Shown piece after piece: positions 36,827 to 46,185 of a stretch of 64,000 nucleotides of DNA. Below the pieces are notes generated by a model, which was given only the letters and a program-made list of their open reading frames with translations, made no database searches and had not been told where the DNA came from. Origin of the DNA: Candidatus Aenigmatarchaeota archaeon. GTDB lineage: Archaea; Aenigmatarchaeota; Aenigmatarchaeia; QMZP01. Location of the stretch: assembly GCA_016185435.1 (NCBI GenBank), contig JACPNN010000004.1, positions 73,635-137,634 of the forward strand, written 5' to 3'. The first letter of the stretch is position 1. Each line of letters opens with the position of its first letter. A program made the position numbers and the translations under genes.

Positions 36827-37222
36827 ATGCCGCTTTTTGAGGATATCGTCCACAAGGCCCTTGCAAGCGAGATAAGGAGAAAGATACTTCTGGCCTTGGG
36901 CGAAAAGGAGCTTTACCTGACAGAGCTTGCAAAAAAGCTGAAGAAACAGCCCCAGACAATTGATTTTCACGTCGAGATCCTTGAAGAGATAGGTGTTATC
37001 GGGGGCGAGGTCAAGAAGGGAAAGAAATTCTATTTCCTCAAGAACAAGGAAATCCTGAAATTCCTGGAGAATAGGAGGCCTGTCCCGGAGGAATTCAGGC
37101 CAAGGCCGCCGCATGAGATGGTTCTGGATGCTGTGGACAAGCTGGAGAAAAGGATAGAATCCGTTGAAGGGAAAATTGATGCGATATACGAAGGCCTAAA
37201 GAGGACGAGGCTGATAAGATAG
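36827..37222 (+). CDS. ArsR-family / winged-helix transcriptional regulator
   Basis: 131 aa. N-terminal wHTH (HKALASEIRRKILLALGEKELYLTELAKKL). Confidence 0.6.
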   Translation: MPLFEDIVHKALASEIRRKILLALGEKELYLTELAKKLKKQPQTIDFHVEILEEIGVIGGEVKKGKKFYFLKNKEILKFLENRRPVPEEFRPRPPHEMVLDAVDKLEKRIESVEGKIDAIYEGLKRTRLIR

Positions 37223-37292
37223 GCTATCAATGGCGCTTTCCGGCTTGCATGGCATCATGCAGATTTAAAAATCTGGCAGATAAAATAAGGGC

Positions 37293-37514
37293 ATGGCAGG
37301 CGTATCCATTTCAGCGAAATCTTTAGAAGAAGGATATCTGTTCACATTAGAGGCTGGCTCATCGCCCATACGTAGGGATGCTCATAATGCGGTAATTTAT
37401 CTGAGAAATATTCAAAATCACGAAGGATTGGCAGAGAGCGATATCCATTTCGACAGTTCTGTACCCCCAGAATATCGGGCCTATTTCTTGAAAAAACTGG
37501 GCTTTTCAAAGTGA
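37293..37514 (+). CDS. Hypothetical protein
   Basis: 73-aa ORF. Confidence 0.3.
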   Translation: MAGVSISAKSLEEGYLFTLEAGSSPIRRDAHNAVIYLRNIQNHEGLAESDIHFDSSVPPEYRAYFLKKLGFSK

Positions 37515-37561
37515 AATGACAGAGCTTTTCATAAGGAAGCGAGACTATATCTATTTAGAAG

Positions 37562-38881
37562 GTGCCCTCTGTGAAGCCCAGAAACGTCCTTATATTGGGA
37601 GCAGCCGGAAGGGATTTCCATAATTTCAATGTCTTCTACAGGGGCAGGAAGGAGTATAATGTGTGTGCTTTTACTGCCGCCCAGATACCAGATATTTCTG
37701 GTAGAAAATACCCAAAAGAGCTGGCAGGGAAACTGTATCCGAACGGGATACCCATTTACCCTGAGGAAAAGCTTCCTGAAATTATCAGAAAATTCAGGGC
37801 TGATGATGTCGTCTTCTCCTATTCGGATGTCAGCCATGAGCATGTGATGCACCTTGCAAGCATTGCCATAGCCAATGGCGCAAATTTTGCCCTTCTCGGC
37901 TCGGACCAGACAATGCTGAAGTCCACAAAGCCTGTGATAGCAGTATGTGCCGTAAGGACAGGCTCAGGGAAAAGCCAGACAACAAGATGGATAGCGAATT
38001 ATCTGAGGGACAATGGGAAAAGGGTTGTGGTTGTCAGGCATGCAATGCCTTATGGCGATCTGAGAAGGCAGGTTGTCCAGAGGTTCGAAACATACTGGGA
38101 TCTTGAAAGGCAGCACTGCACGATTGAGGAGAGGGAAGAGTATGAGCCCCATATAGCTCTTGGTATTGTGGTCTATGCGGGCGTCGATTATGAGAAAATA
38201 CTAAGAAGCGCTGAAAAGGAAGGAGATGTAATCCTGTGGGACGGGGGGAACAATGACCTGCCCTTCTTCAAGCCGGACCTGCACATTGTTGTGGCCGATC
38301 CTCACAGGGCGAGCCATGTGATGAAATACCATCCCGGAGAGGCGAATGTGAGGATGGCGGATCTGGTCATCATAAACAAGGTTGACAGCGCGCACAGGGG
38401 GGAAGTCGACCTGCTGAGGAAAAATATCCGCATTGCAAATAAAAGGGCAAAGATTCTGCTTGCAAGATCGCCGATAGATGTCGAGATGCCTGACATAATA
38501 AAGGGCAAAAATGTCATTGTTATAGAGGACGGGCCGACAATCACACATGGCGGCATGCAGTTCGGCGCTGGAACGATTGCAGCAAGGAAATACAAGTGCA
38601 GGATCATTGATGCCGAAAGGTATGCTATTGGCAGCCTAAGGGAGACATACAAGAAATACCCTCATCTTCAAAAAATACTGCCTGCTATGGGATATGGAAA
38701 AAGGCAAACAGAGGAACTCGAAAAGACTATAGATAAGGCCAAATGCGATGCTGTCATAATAGGAACGCCTGTCGACCTCAGGAAGATAATCAGGATCAGC
38801 AAGCCAACAACAAGGATATTCTACAGCCTGCAGCCCCTGAAGCCGAAAGATCTGGAAAAGGAGCTTGCAAGGTTTATCTGA
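37562..38881 (+). CDS. P-loop protein resembling cyclic 2,3-diphosphoglycerate synthetase
   Basis: 439 aa with an internal Walker A (RTGSGKSQTT). Size and N-terminal pattern recall cDPG synthetase. Unverified. Confidence 0.35.
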   Translation: MPSVKPRNVLILGAAGRDFHNFNVFYRGRKEYNVCAFTAAQIPDISGRKYPKELAGKLYPNGIPIYPEEKLPEIIRKFRADDVVFSYSDVSHEHVMHLASIAIANGANFALLGSDQTMLKSTKPVIAVCAVRTGSGKSQTTRWIANYLRDNGKRVVVVRHAMPYGDLRRQVVQRFETYWDLERQHCTIEEREEYEPHIALGIVVYAGVDYEKILRSAEKEGDVILWDGGNNDLPFFKPDLHIVVADPHRASHVMKYHPGEANVRMADLVIINKVDSAHRGEVDLLRKNIRIANKRAKILLARSPIDVEMPDIIKGKNVIVIEDGPTITHGGMQFGAGTIAARKYKCRIIDAERYAIGSLRETYKKYPHLQKILPAMGYGKRQTEELEKTIDKAKCDAVIIGTPVDLRKIIRISKPTTRIFYSLQPLKPKDLEKELARFI

Positions 38882-38902
38882 TTAAAATTTATGGGAAGGC
38901 TG

Positions 38903-39847
38903 TCACGAATAATGTATCATCTTCTTCTTTTTCATTGACTCCTCAGAAATCTCAAGCAGCCTTACGATTTTCAGGCCGACCTCTGCATCGGCAACGGAAA
39001 AGCCCCTGCTTTCAGAGCATCTTATGAATTCCCTCAGCTCGTCCTGCAGCGTGTTGTTGGGGATTATGTCCACATCATAATAGCTGTTCTGCTCATTGTC
39101 ATAAACGCTCACTTTCTGCCTTGCGCAGTCAGCGAAAATTGTCTTCCTGCTCCCGACAAAAACGACTTCTCTCTGCTTCCTTGGAGTAAGCCAGCTCACC
39201 TCGATATTCACCAGCGTGCTGTTCAGCCTGCAGATGATGAATGCCGCTTCTGCATGCTTCTGCTGCCTGTATGATCCTCCCACGCAGGATATCTCATCCG
39301 GAAGGGCATTGAATATGTAATTCACTATGTCAAAAGGATGGGGGGCAAGGTCGAATATGACGTCCCTGTCAGCGTATATCGGCTCGAGGTTGGACCAGTT
39401 CAGCTTCAGGAGGTAAGGTGTGCCGATATCGCCTTTGATGAAAGAGTTTCTGATGAAATTGACCGCATTGTTGAAGCGGAATATGTGGCCGACAGAAAGG
39501 TGCAATTTCCTTTCATTTGCGAGCCTTATGAGCCCCTGCCCCTCCTCGGATTTGAGGACAAAGGGCTTCTCCACAAGGGTATTTTTCCCCGCCCTTGCAG
39601 AATCGGATGCGACCTGGAAATGGGTGCTGTTGGGGGTGCATACGCTGACATATCTGATTTCCTTGTTTTGAAGGAGCTCCTTATAATCGGCATAAATCCC
39701 TTTAACAGGGTAGAGCTCCCTGCATTTCTGAAGGCTCTCTTTTGAAACGTCTGCAGCATAGACCTCCAGCCCCAGCTTTATGTATTCCTCAATGTGCTTT
39801 TTCCCCCAGAAGCCTGCCCCTATAACCCCAGCAGCCCCCTCATCCAT
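38903..39847 (-). CDS. Gfo/Idh/MocA-family NAD-dependent oxidoreductase (WbpB-like UDP-sugar dehydrogenase)
   Basis: N-terminal Rossmann GAGFWGKKH and a Gfo/Idh/MocA C-terminal domain. Confidence 0.8.
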   Translation of the reverse strand: MDEGAAGVIGAGFWGKKHIEEYIKLGLEVYAADVSKESLQKCRELYPVKGIYADYKELLQNKEIRYVSVCTPNSTHFQVASDSARAGKNTLVEKPFVLKSEEGQGLIRLANERKLHLSVGHIFRFNNAVNFIRNSFIKGDIGTPYLLKLNWSNLEPIYADRDVIFDLAPHPFDIVNYIFNALPDEISCVGGSYRQQKHAEAAFIICRLNSTLVNIEVSWLTPRKQREVVFVGSRKTIFADCARQKVSVYDNEQNSYYDVDIIPNNTLQDELREFIRCSESRGFSVADAEVGLKIVRLLEISEESMKKKKMIHYS

Positions 39848-40928
39848 TGCAGAAACTCCTTACCGACTCTGAAATGTACTTCACTTCCTCGGTTTTCAAT
39901 TGAGGGTGGATGGGCAGGCATATGACTTCCTTTGACAGCCTTTCAGCGGCAGGATAGTCCCCTTCCCTGTAATTGAACAATTTCCTGTAAATGGGCTGCA
40001 GATGGATCGGGATGGGGTAATGCGAGCTGGTCTGTATTTCTTTTTTTTCGAGGTATCCGGCAAGGCCGTTCCTGTCCTTCGCCCTGCAGGCAAAAAGGTG
40101 GAATGAGCTTTTTATGTAGGGCGGGATTTTTGGGAGGGCAAAGCCTTCCAACTCTTTCAGCTCCCTGAAATAGACGGAGGCCAAGCTGTGCCTGGCTTCA
40201 TTCCACCTGTCAAGATGCTTCAGCTGCACTATGCCTATCGCCGCATTGACTGTATTCAGCCTTGACGTATATCCCAGCACATCATGCTCATACTGGCCAA
40301 TCCTTCCGCAGTTCCTGAGCTTTGCCGCCATATCTGCAATTTTTTTGTCATTTGTCACTATCATTCCTCCATCTCCTCCGACAGTCAGGTTTTTTGTGGA
40401 ATAAAATGAGAAGCAGCCGACAGTCCCGAGAGAGCCTGCTTTCCTGCCTTTGTATGTCGCGCCATGCGCCTGGCACGCATCCTCCACTACAAAGAGGCCA
40501 TTCCTGCCTGCAATCTCGTTTATCCTGTCCATCTCGCAGGGCGTGCCATAGATATGGATCGGAAGTATGGCCTTTGTTTTCCCTGTTATTTTTTCTTCTA
40601 TCCTGTCTGCATCGATATTGTAAGCCTCCCCGTCAGAATCGACAAAAACAGGCTTGGCGCCTGCATGTATGATTGCGTTGGAGCTTGCTATAAAGGAAGA
40701 GGGGCATGTTATAATTTCCTTTGACTGTACGTCAAGAGACTTCAAAGCCAGCTCCAGCGCATTGGTGCCGGAGGAGGTAGAGACGGCATGCTCAGCGCCG
40801 CAGTATCTGGCAAAGAGCTCCTCGAATTTCGATACGCTTTCCCCAAGCACAAGCCTCTCGTTCTGAAGGGCATGTATGGCAGCTTCCTCCATCTCCTTCG
40901 TGATTATAGGCCTGAAAAGCTGTATCAT
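39840..40928 (-). CDS. DegT/DnrJ/EryC1/StrS-family PLP-dependent sugar aminotransferase (WbpE-like)
   Basis: DACQAHGATYKGRKAGSLG...FSFYSTKNL PLP-lysine region. Confidence 0.85.
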   Translation of the reverse strand: MIQLFRPIITKEMEEAAIHALQNERLVLGESVSKFEELFARYCGAEHAVSTSSGTNALELALKSLDVQSKEIITCPSSFIASSNAIIHAGAKPVFVDSDGEAYNIDADRIEEKITGKTKAILPIHIYGTPCEMDRINEIAGRNGLFVVEDACQAHGATYKGRKAGSLGTVGCFSFYSTKNLTVGGDGGMIVTNDKKIADMAAKLRNCGRIGQYEHDVLGYTSRLNTVNAAIGIVQLKHLDRWNEARHSLASVYFRELKELEGFALPKIPPYIKSSFHLFACRAKDRNGLAGYLEKKEIQTSSHYPIPIHLQPIYRKLFNYREGDYPAAERLSKEVICLPIHPQLKTEEVKYISESVRSFCNG

Positions 40929-41392
40929 TTTCTCATCTCCCTTGCCGGGTTGCCCACAACTGTCGCTCCCGGCGCGACATCCTTTGTCACCACTGAGCCT
41001 GCTCCTATTACGGCAGCCTTCCCTATTCTCAGGCCTGGAAGGATGACAGAGCCTGCCCCTATGGAAACATTGTCCTCTACAACTGTTTCTTTAAGGCTCC
41101 AGTCAGAGGCGGATTTGGGGGAGCCGTCAGGGTTGACGGCTGCCGGATACTTGTCATTGGTGAAGCAGACATGGGGGCCTATAAAGACACCATCGCCGAT
41201 TGTGACGCCCTCGGGGATGAATGCAAAAGGCTCTATCTTGCAGTTCTTTCCCACCCTGACGCCTTTCTTTATCTCCACAAAGCACCCTATTTTTGTGCTG
41301 TCCCCTATTTCGCAGCCGAAGAGGTTGACGAAGCTGAAGAGCTTCACATTTTCCCCCAGCTTCACGCCCTCGATAACTGAATAGGCTGGCAT
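40925..41392 (-). CDS. Left-handed beta-helix (hexapeptide) sugar N-acetyltransferase (WbpD/PglD-like)
   Basis: 155 aa of hexapeptide repeats ([LIV]G..[STAV].[LIV]). Confidence 0.8.
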   Translation of the reverse strand: MPAYSVIEGVKLGENVKLFSFVNLFGCEIGDSTKIGCFVEIKKGVRVGKNCKIEPFAFIPEGVTIGDGVFIGPHVCFTNDKYPAAVNPDGSPKSASDWSLKETVVEDNVSIGAGSVILPGLRIGKAAVIGAGSVVTKDVAPGATVVGNPAREMRK

Positions 41393-41512
41393 AAGAATTT
41401 GTTGCCTGATATATATTTAAAAGCAGATTGCATATGCCTTTCAGCCCATAAGGATGTATATATTGACAAAAAGAATCAATCTATCCAGGATTTAAAAACA
41501 GGACATATAGAG

Positions 41513-42253
41513 ATGATTATGCCCCACAAAATACTCCTTATCCTTCCGGCATACAATGAGGAAGGGAAGATAGGCAGCCTTGTCAGGAAGGCAAAGAAAA
41601 GCATTGTCAGTGGCATCTTCGTGGCATGCGACGGCTGCACTGACAGGACAGAGGAAGAAGCGCGGGAAGCAGGGGCCATTGTTTCCGCCCTTGGCAAAAG
41701 ATGCGGCGTAGGGAATGCGATAAGGAGGGGCATAGATTATGCCCTTGAGAAAGGCTATGACATAGGGGTCATAATGGGAGGGGATGACCAGGATGACCCG
41801 CAGGAGATTTCTCATCTTATAAAAAAGATTGATGAAGGATATGATTTTGTCATAGGCTCGAGATACCTTCCCGGAGGAAAGACAGTGAACCAGAACCTGT
41901 TCAGGTTCCTCACCACAAAGATGTACAGCGCCTTCTTTTCTGTCTTCGCGATGAAAGGATTGAGCGATGCGTCAAATGGCTTTCGCGCATTCAGAACCCG
42001 GATATGCAAAAGCATGGACCTGTGGAGGAGCGACATTGACGGCTATGAGCTTGAGCCGGTCATGCTCTTTGAGGCCGTCAAAAATTTCAGGTTCGCTGAA
42101 GTGCCTGTCACAAAATATTATCACAAGGGCAAAAGCTATTCAAAGATGAAGGTCTTTGTCGACTGGTGGAAGATTATAAGGCCTGTCCTGTGGAAGTTTT
42201 GGGAAGGCGCGTGGGGAAATGGCGGAAAATCTTCCAGAAGGGCAGCAATTTAA
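41513..42253 (+). CDS. Family 2 glycosyltransferase (dolichyl-phosphate sugar transferase-like)
   Basis: Start placed at MIMPHKILLILPAYNEEGKIG (GT2 N-terminal motif) with a DxD later. A longer ORF from 41399 exists. Confidence 0.75.
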   Translation: MIMPHKILLILPAYNEEGKIGSLVRKAKKSIVSGIFVACDGCTDRTEEEAREAGAIVSALGKRCGVGNAIRRGIDYALEKGYDIGVIMGGDDQDDPQEISHLIKKIDEGYDFVIGSRYLPGGKTVNQNLFRFLTTKMYSAFFSVFAMKGLSDASNGFRAFRTRICKSMDLWRSDIDGYELEPVMLFEAVKNFRFAEVPVTKYYHKGKSYSKMKVFVDWWKIIRPVLWKFWEGAWGNGGKSSRRAAI

Positions 42254-42274
42254 ATCGGCTTTCCAATACAGACG

Positions 42275-43879
42275 ATGAAGCTGTCCCTGCCGATAGCAGC
42301 TTTGATTGTCTTTTCTGCGGCAAGCACAGTAGGCCTTGGAGAGCTGCCTTTTTGTTCTGACACTGACAGCGGAATAGCAGAAACTTCCAGGGGCGTTTGC
42401 TCCTCCACATCCTTAAATTTCAGCGACAGATGCTCTGGACATTTCCTCCTCGAAGGCTATTGCAAAAAAGACAGCTCATGCGGCTTCAAAGCGATAGACT
42501 GCAACAGGTTCTGCAAAGGCCAGAATTCCGGACAGGCTGGCATATGCGATAATGGGGCATGTGCTTGCTCTGCTTCTCCGCTGCCGGCATGCTCTGACAG
42601 CGACAATGGCATGGAGCCTTTCTCATCCGGCATATGCTCGGTGACAAGAAACGGGAAAACAGAAAACTTTGGGGACAGGTGCATATCGCAAAATTTCCTC
42701 CTCGAAAGGGGGTGTTCCAGGGGCAGTGATTTTTGCCAGGCAAGATTTCTCAACTGCGATTCTGAGTGCAAAAAGGCTGACAGGAATTCCCTTGGGCTTT
42801 GCACTTCGAATGCATGCTCATGCGCTCCTTCACAAAAAGGGCCCAAGATTGTGATAAGCGAGGTGTACTATGACCCTCCGGATGAGACGGATGAGTTTGT
42901 GGAGCTGTTTGTTGAAAATGCGAGCATGCTGTTGAATGTTTCAGGCTGGAAAATAACTGATTTTGACAATAACAACATCACATTGCCCTTCATTTCGGGC
43001 CTTGGAAAATCTGATTACATAGTGATATACACAGGCAACGGGACAAATGATACGGACGCAAGTGACGGAAAAGCGGCCATATACAGGAGAAGGGGTTCAG
43101 GCATCTGGACCAATACTGGGGATGAAGTCGGCCTGTATGATCGGGAAGGAAAAATACATGACTTCATGAGATATGAGGAAGGCAATGGCGATCCTGTTCT
43201 CGCGAACTGGCCTTCCAGCGACAACGGGCCTGCAGCGCCTGAAGGCGAAAGCGTGCAGCTGAATGGGACGGACATGGACTCAGGGGTGAACTGGATATCT
43301 GCATTGCCAAGTCCTGGAGGGCCGATTATTTTCAAAACTCTGTATGATGATTTTTCTGGTAACAGCCTGAACCTGACAAAATGGAATGAATCGACAGACT
43401 TCGCTTTTACTGATATGCATGGAATAAATACTACAGAAGGAGCCTATCATAACTCTCAAATTGAGACTGTATCGCCTGGCACCACAACATTTCTCACAAT
43501 GAATAGGCTCATCCAGGCCACCGAAAGGCTTGAATTTGATATCAAATATGTGTCTGGGGAGGGGAACAACATATTCTACTATTATTTCAATGGGATAGCG
43601 CCACAACACCTCTTTAACTGCAGCAACTGTGGAACAATTGGATTTTGGAATACAAATGGATCTATAGGTACTGATTTTGGAATATACCATTTCAAAATCG
43701 AATTTTATCAAACAGGTGTATATTGGCAAATTAGAAAACCAGATAGCACGCTTTTCATTGCAAATTTCACTAATAGCCCAATCCTGATTGCACCCTATAG
43801 TGTGAAGTTTATTACAGCAACTGGACATAACGGCCTTGTTCACTTCGATTACGACAACTTCACCATCGTGAGGCTATAG
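42275..43879 (+). CDS. Secreted Cys-rich protein with lamin-tail domain (LTD)
   Basis: Signal-peptide-like N-terminus, two Cys-rich repeat modules, then the LTD signature KIVISEVYYDPPDETDEFVELFVEN...GWKITDF. Confidence 0.6.
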   Translation: MKLSLPIAALIVFSAASTVGLGELPFCSDTDSGIAETSRGVCSSTSLNFSDRCSGHFLLEGYCKKDSSCGFKAIDCNRFCKGQNSGQAGICDNGACACSASPLPACSDSDNGMEPFSSGICSVTRNGKTENFGDRCISQNFLLERGCSRGSDFCQARFLNCDSECKKADRNSLGLCTSNACSCAPSQKGPKIVISEVYYDPPDETDEFVELFVENASMLLNVSGWKITDFDNNNITLPFISGLGKSDYIVIYTGNGTNDTDASDGKAAIYRRRGSGIWTNTGDEVGLYDREGKIHDFMRYEEGNGDPVLANWPSSDNGPAAPEGESVQLNGTDMDSGVNWISALPSPGGPIIFKTLYDDFSGNSLNLTKWNESTDFAFTDMHGINTTEGAYHNSQIETVSPGTTTFLTMNRLIQATERLEFDIKYVSGEGNNIFYYYFNGIAPQHLFNCSNCGTIGFWNTNGSIGTDFGIYHFKIEFYQTGVYWQIRKPDSTLFIANFTNSPILIAPYSVKFITATGHNGLVHFDYDNFTIVRL

Positions 43880-43932
43880 ATACTTTTATGCCCATATATG
43901 CTTGAATTATATATAGGTTCAATAGGAGTTCT

Positions 43933-44229
43933 ATGCCGACAAAAGAAGATATAATGGAAGCCCTGAAGGAAGTGAATGACCCTGAATTGAGGCTGAGCAT
44001 AGTCGAGCTTGGGCTGGTGTACGATGTGAAAATCGAGAATGAAACGGTTCATGTCACCATGACGCTTACATCAATAGCATGCCCCCTCGGGCCGATGATA
44101 GCTGCGGAAGTGGAGGAAAAGATAAAATCTCTTGGTTTCAAGGATGTCAGGGTTGAAATCACCTTTAACCCCCCATGGAGCCATGAGAGGATGAGCGGCG
44201 AGGTAAAGATGAGGCTTGGGCTGATATAA
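43933..44229 (+). CDS. DUF59 / Fe-S cluster assembly (SufT/MIP18-like) protein
   Basis: 98 aa. EALKEVNDPEL..SIVELGLVYDV...TLTSIACP signature. Confidence 0.7.
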   Translation: MPTKEDIMEALKEVNDPELRLSIVELGLVYDVKIENETVHVTMTLTSIACPLGPMIAAEVEEKIKSLGFKDVRVEITFNPPWSHERMSGEVKMRLGLI

Positions 44230-44252
44230 TTGAAAAATGAATTGCTTTTCCT

Positions 44253-45167
44253 CTAGGCCATATTGAACAGCCTGAGAAGCAAAGCCTTCTGGACATGAAG
44301 CCTGTTGCCTGCCTGCTCCCACACTATTGAATGCTCCCCGTCCATTATTTCAGAAGTGACTTCAAGGCCCCTGTGTGCAGGCAGGCAATGCATGAAAACG
44401 AAGTCCTTTTTTGCGTGCCTTGCGAGCTTCTTATTTATTTGAAAATCCATGAAGGCCTTCATCCTTTCATCATTTTCCTTCTCCTCGCCCATGGAAACCC
44501 AGACATCTGTATAAATCACATCGGCATTTTTTGCCGCCTCTGTTGGCCTGTTTGTAAACGAAACCTTTGATTTGTTTTTTTGTGAAAAATCCCTTGCCTT
44601 TGACAATATCCTTTTGTTCGGCTCGTAGCCTTTGGGTGTTGAAACAGAAATATTTATACCTGTAATGCCGCAGGCCAATAAAAGAGAGCTGCAGACATTG
44701 TTCCCGTCTCCGATATAAGCAAGTTTTATCCCCTCAAATTTTCCGAATCTTTCCTTGATTGTGAAAATGTCAGCCAAAGCCTGGCAGGGGTGCTCAAGAT
44801 CGGAAAGCATGCTGATCACAGGGACAGAGGCATATTTTGAGAGAAGTTCCAGAGTCCTGTGGTCACTTACTCTTGCGCAAATGGCATCCACATATTTTTC
44901 CATGACTTTAGCGACATCCTCTATCAGCTCTCCCCTCGATATCTGGGTGGAGGAGGAGTCTATATACATCGGGTAGCCTGAAAGCTGGGCTATGCCTGCT
45001 TCGAAGCTCATCCTTGTCCTTGTCGATGGCTTTTCGAACAGTAAAGCTATTGTTTTCCCTTTCAGCTGCGTCCCAAAGGGATATTTTTTCATTCTTGAAG
45101 AAATGTCCATAAGCTCCAGAAATTCTTCCCGAGTCAGGTCGGCAACTGACAAGAAATCCTTTTTCAT
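44253..45167 (-). CDS. argF: Ornithine carbamoyltransferase
   Basis: STRTR carbamoyl-phosphate-binding motif and HCLP ornithine-binding motif. Confidence 0.85.
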   Translation of the reverse strand: MKKDFLSVADLTREEFLELMDISSRMKKYPFGTQLKGKTIALLFEKPSTRTRMSFEAGIAQLSGYPMYIDSSSTQISRGELIEDVAKVMEKYVDAICARVSDHRTLELLSKYASVPVISMLSDLEHPCQALADIFTIKERFGKFEGIKLAYIGDGNNVCSSLLLACGITGINISVSTPKGYEPNKRILSKARDFSQKNKSKVSFTNRPTEAAKNADVIYTDVWVSMGEEKENDERMKAFMDFQINKKLARHAKKDFVFMHCLPAHRGLEVTSEIMDGEHSIVWEQAGNRLHVQKALLLRLFNMA

Positions 45168-46099
45168 AAATATCCTATTTCTGTTCCGGCCTTTTTATGC
45201 ATGGCCTTGTAGGCGTCCTTCAGCCGGGCTATTACTGCTGCGCCTTTAGTTGCTTTTACAAAATCAATACAAGCCTGCACCTTTGGCCCCATGCTGCCTT
45301 CCCTGAACTGGCCCTCCTTCAAATATTTCAGAGCCTGGCTTGCTGTCAGTTTATCCAGCCTCCTCTGGCTTTCCTGCCCGAAATCAAGATAAACGCCATC
45401 GATATCAGTCAGGATAAGAAGCATGTCGGCCTTCAGGGTTTTTGCTAACAGACCAGCTGTCATGTCCTTGTCGATAACAGCTTCCATTCCTCTTATTTTT
45501 TTCTTCTCTTTTATTACCGGTATGCCCCCTCCGCCTGAAACTATAAGCAGATGATTTTTTTCAAAAAGCAGCTTTATCACGCCTTTTTCCAAAATATCCT
45601 GAGGTTTCGGGCTTGGCACGACTCTTCTGTATTTTCCGTTTATTTTGGCCATTGAATAGCTTTTTGGAAGCTTCAGCATCTCGCTTTTCGAATAAAATCT
45701 GCCGACAGGCTTTGATGGCTTTGAAAATGCGGGGTCTTTCGGATCAACAAGAACCTGCGTCAGAATAGTAATTATTTTTCTTTCAATTCCGGCCTTTTCC
45801 AGCTCATTGTAAAGGCCTCTTTCCAGAAGATAGCCTATCTGGCCCTGTGTCTCGGCCACATCGACATCAAGGGGAAGGCTTATTGTTTTGGCCTTCTCCT
45901 GCTGGAGCATTATGTCCCCCACCTGCGGGCCGTTGCCGTGGGTTATGGCCACTCTGTGGCCTTCCCTGATTATTCTGGCAAGCTCCCTACATGTGGAATT
46001 TACAGTCTCTTCATAAGTCTCATATGATGATTTTTTACGCGGGTTGAGGAGGGCATTGCCGCCGAGGGCGATGACGAGGTTCATATTAATAGATTGCAA
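45164..46099 (-). CDS. arcC: Carbamate kinase
   Basis: N-terminal VIALGGNALL amino-acid-kinase motif. 311 aa. The stop overlaps the start of the transcarbamylase gene. Confidence 0.85.
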   Translation of the reverse strand: MQSINMNLVIALGGNALLNPRKKSSYETYEETVNSTCRELARIIREGHRVAITHGNGPQVGDIMLQQEKAKTISLPLDVDVAETQGQIGYLLERGLYNELEKAGIERKIITILTQVLVDPKDPAFSKPSKPVGRFYSKSEMLKLPKSYSMAKINGKYRRVVPSPKPQDILEKGVIKLLFEKNHLLIVSGGGGIPVIKEKKKIRGMEAVIDKDMTAGLLAKTLKADMLLILTDIDGVYLDFGQESQRRLDKLTASQALKYLKEGQFREGSMGPKVQACIDFVKATKGAAVIARLKDAYKAMHKKAGTEIGYL

Positions 46100-46185
46100 A
46101 TCTGAAGTTAAATGGAAGCTGGATGGTATTGAAAAGTCTTAATCAGGGCAAAAAGATTCCAGAAACAGCATGTGATGGTGCACTG

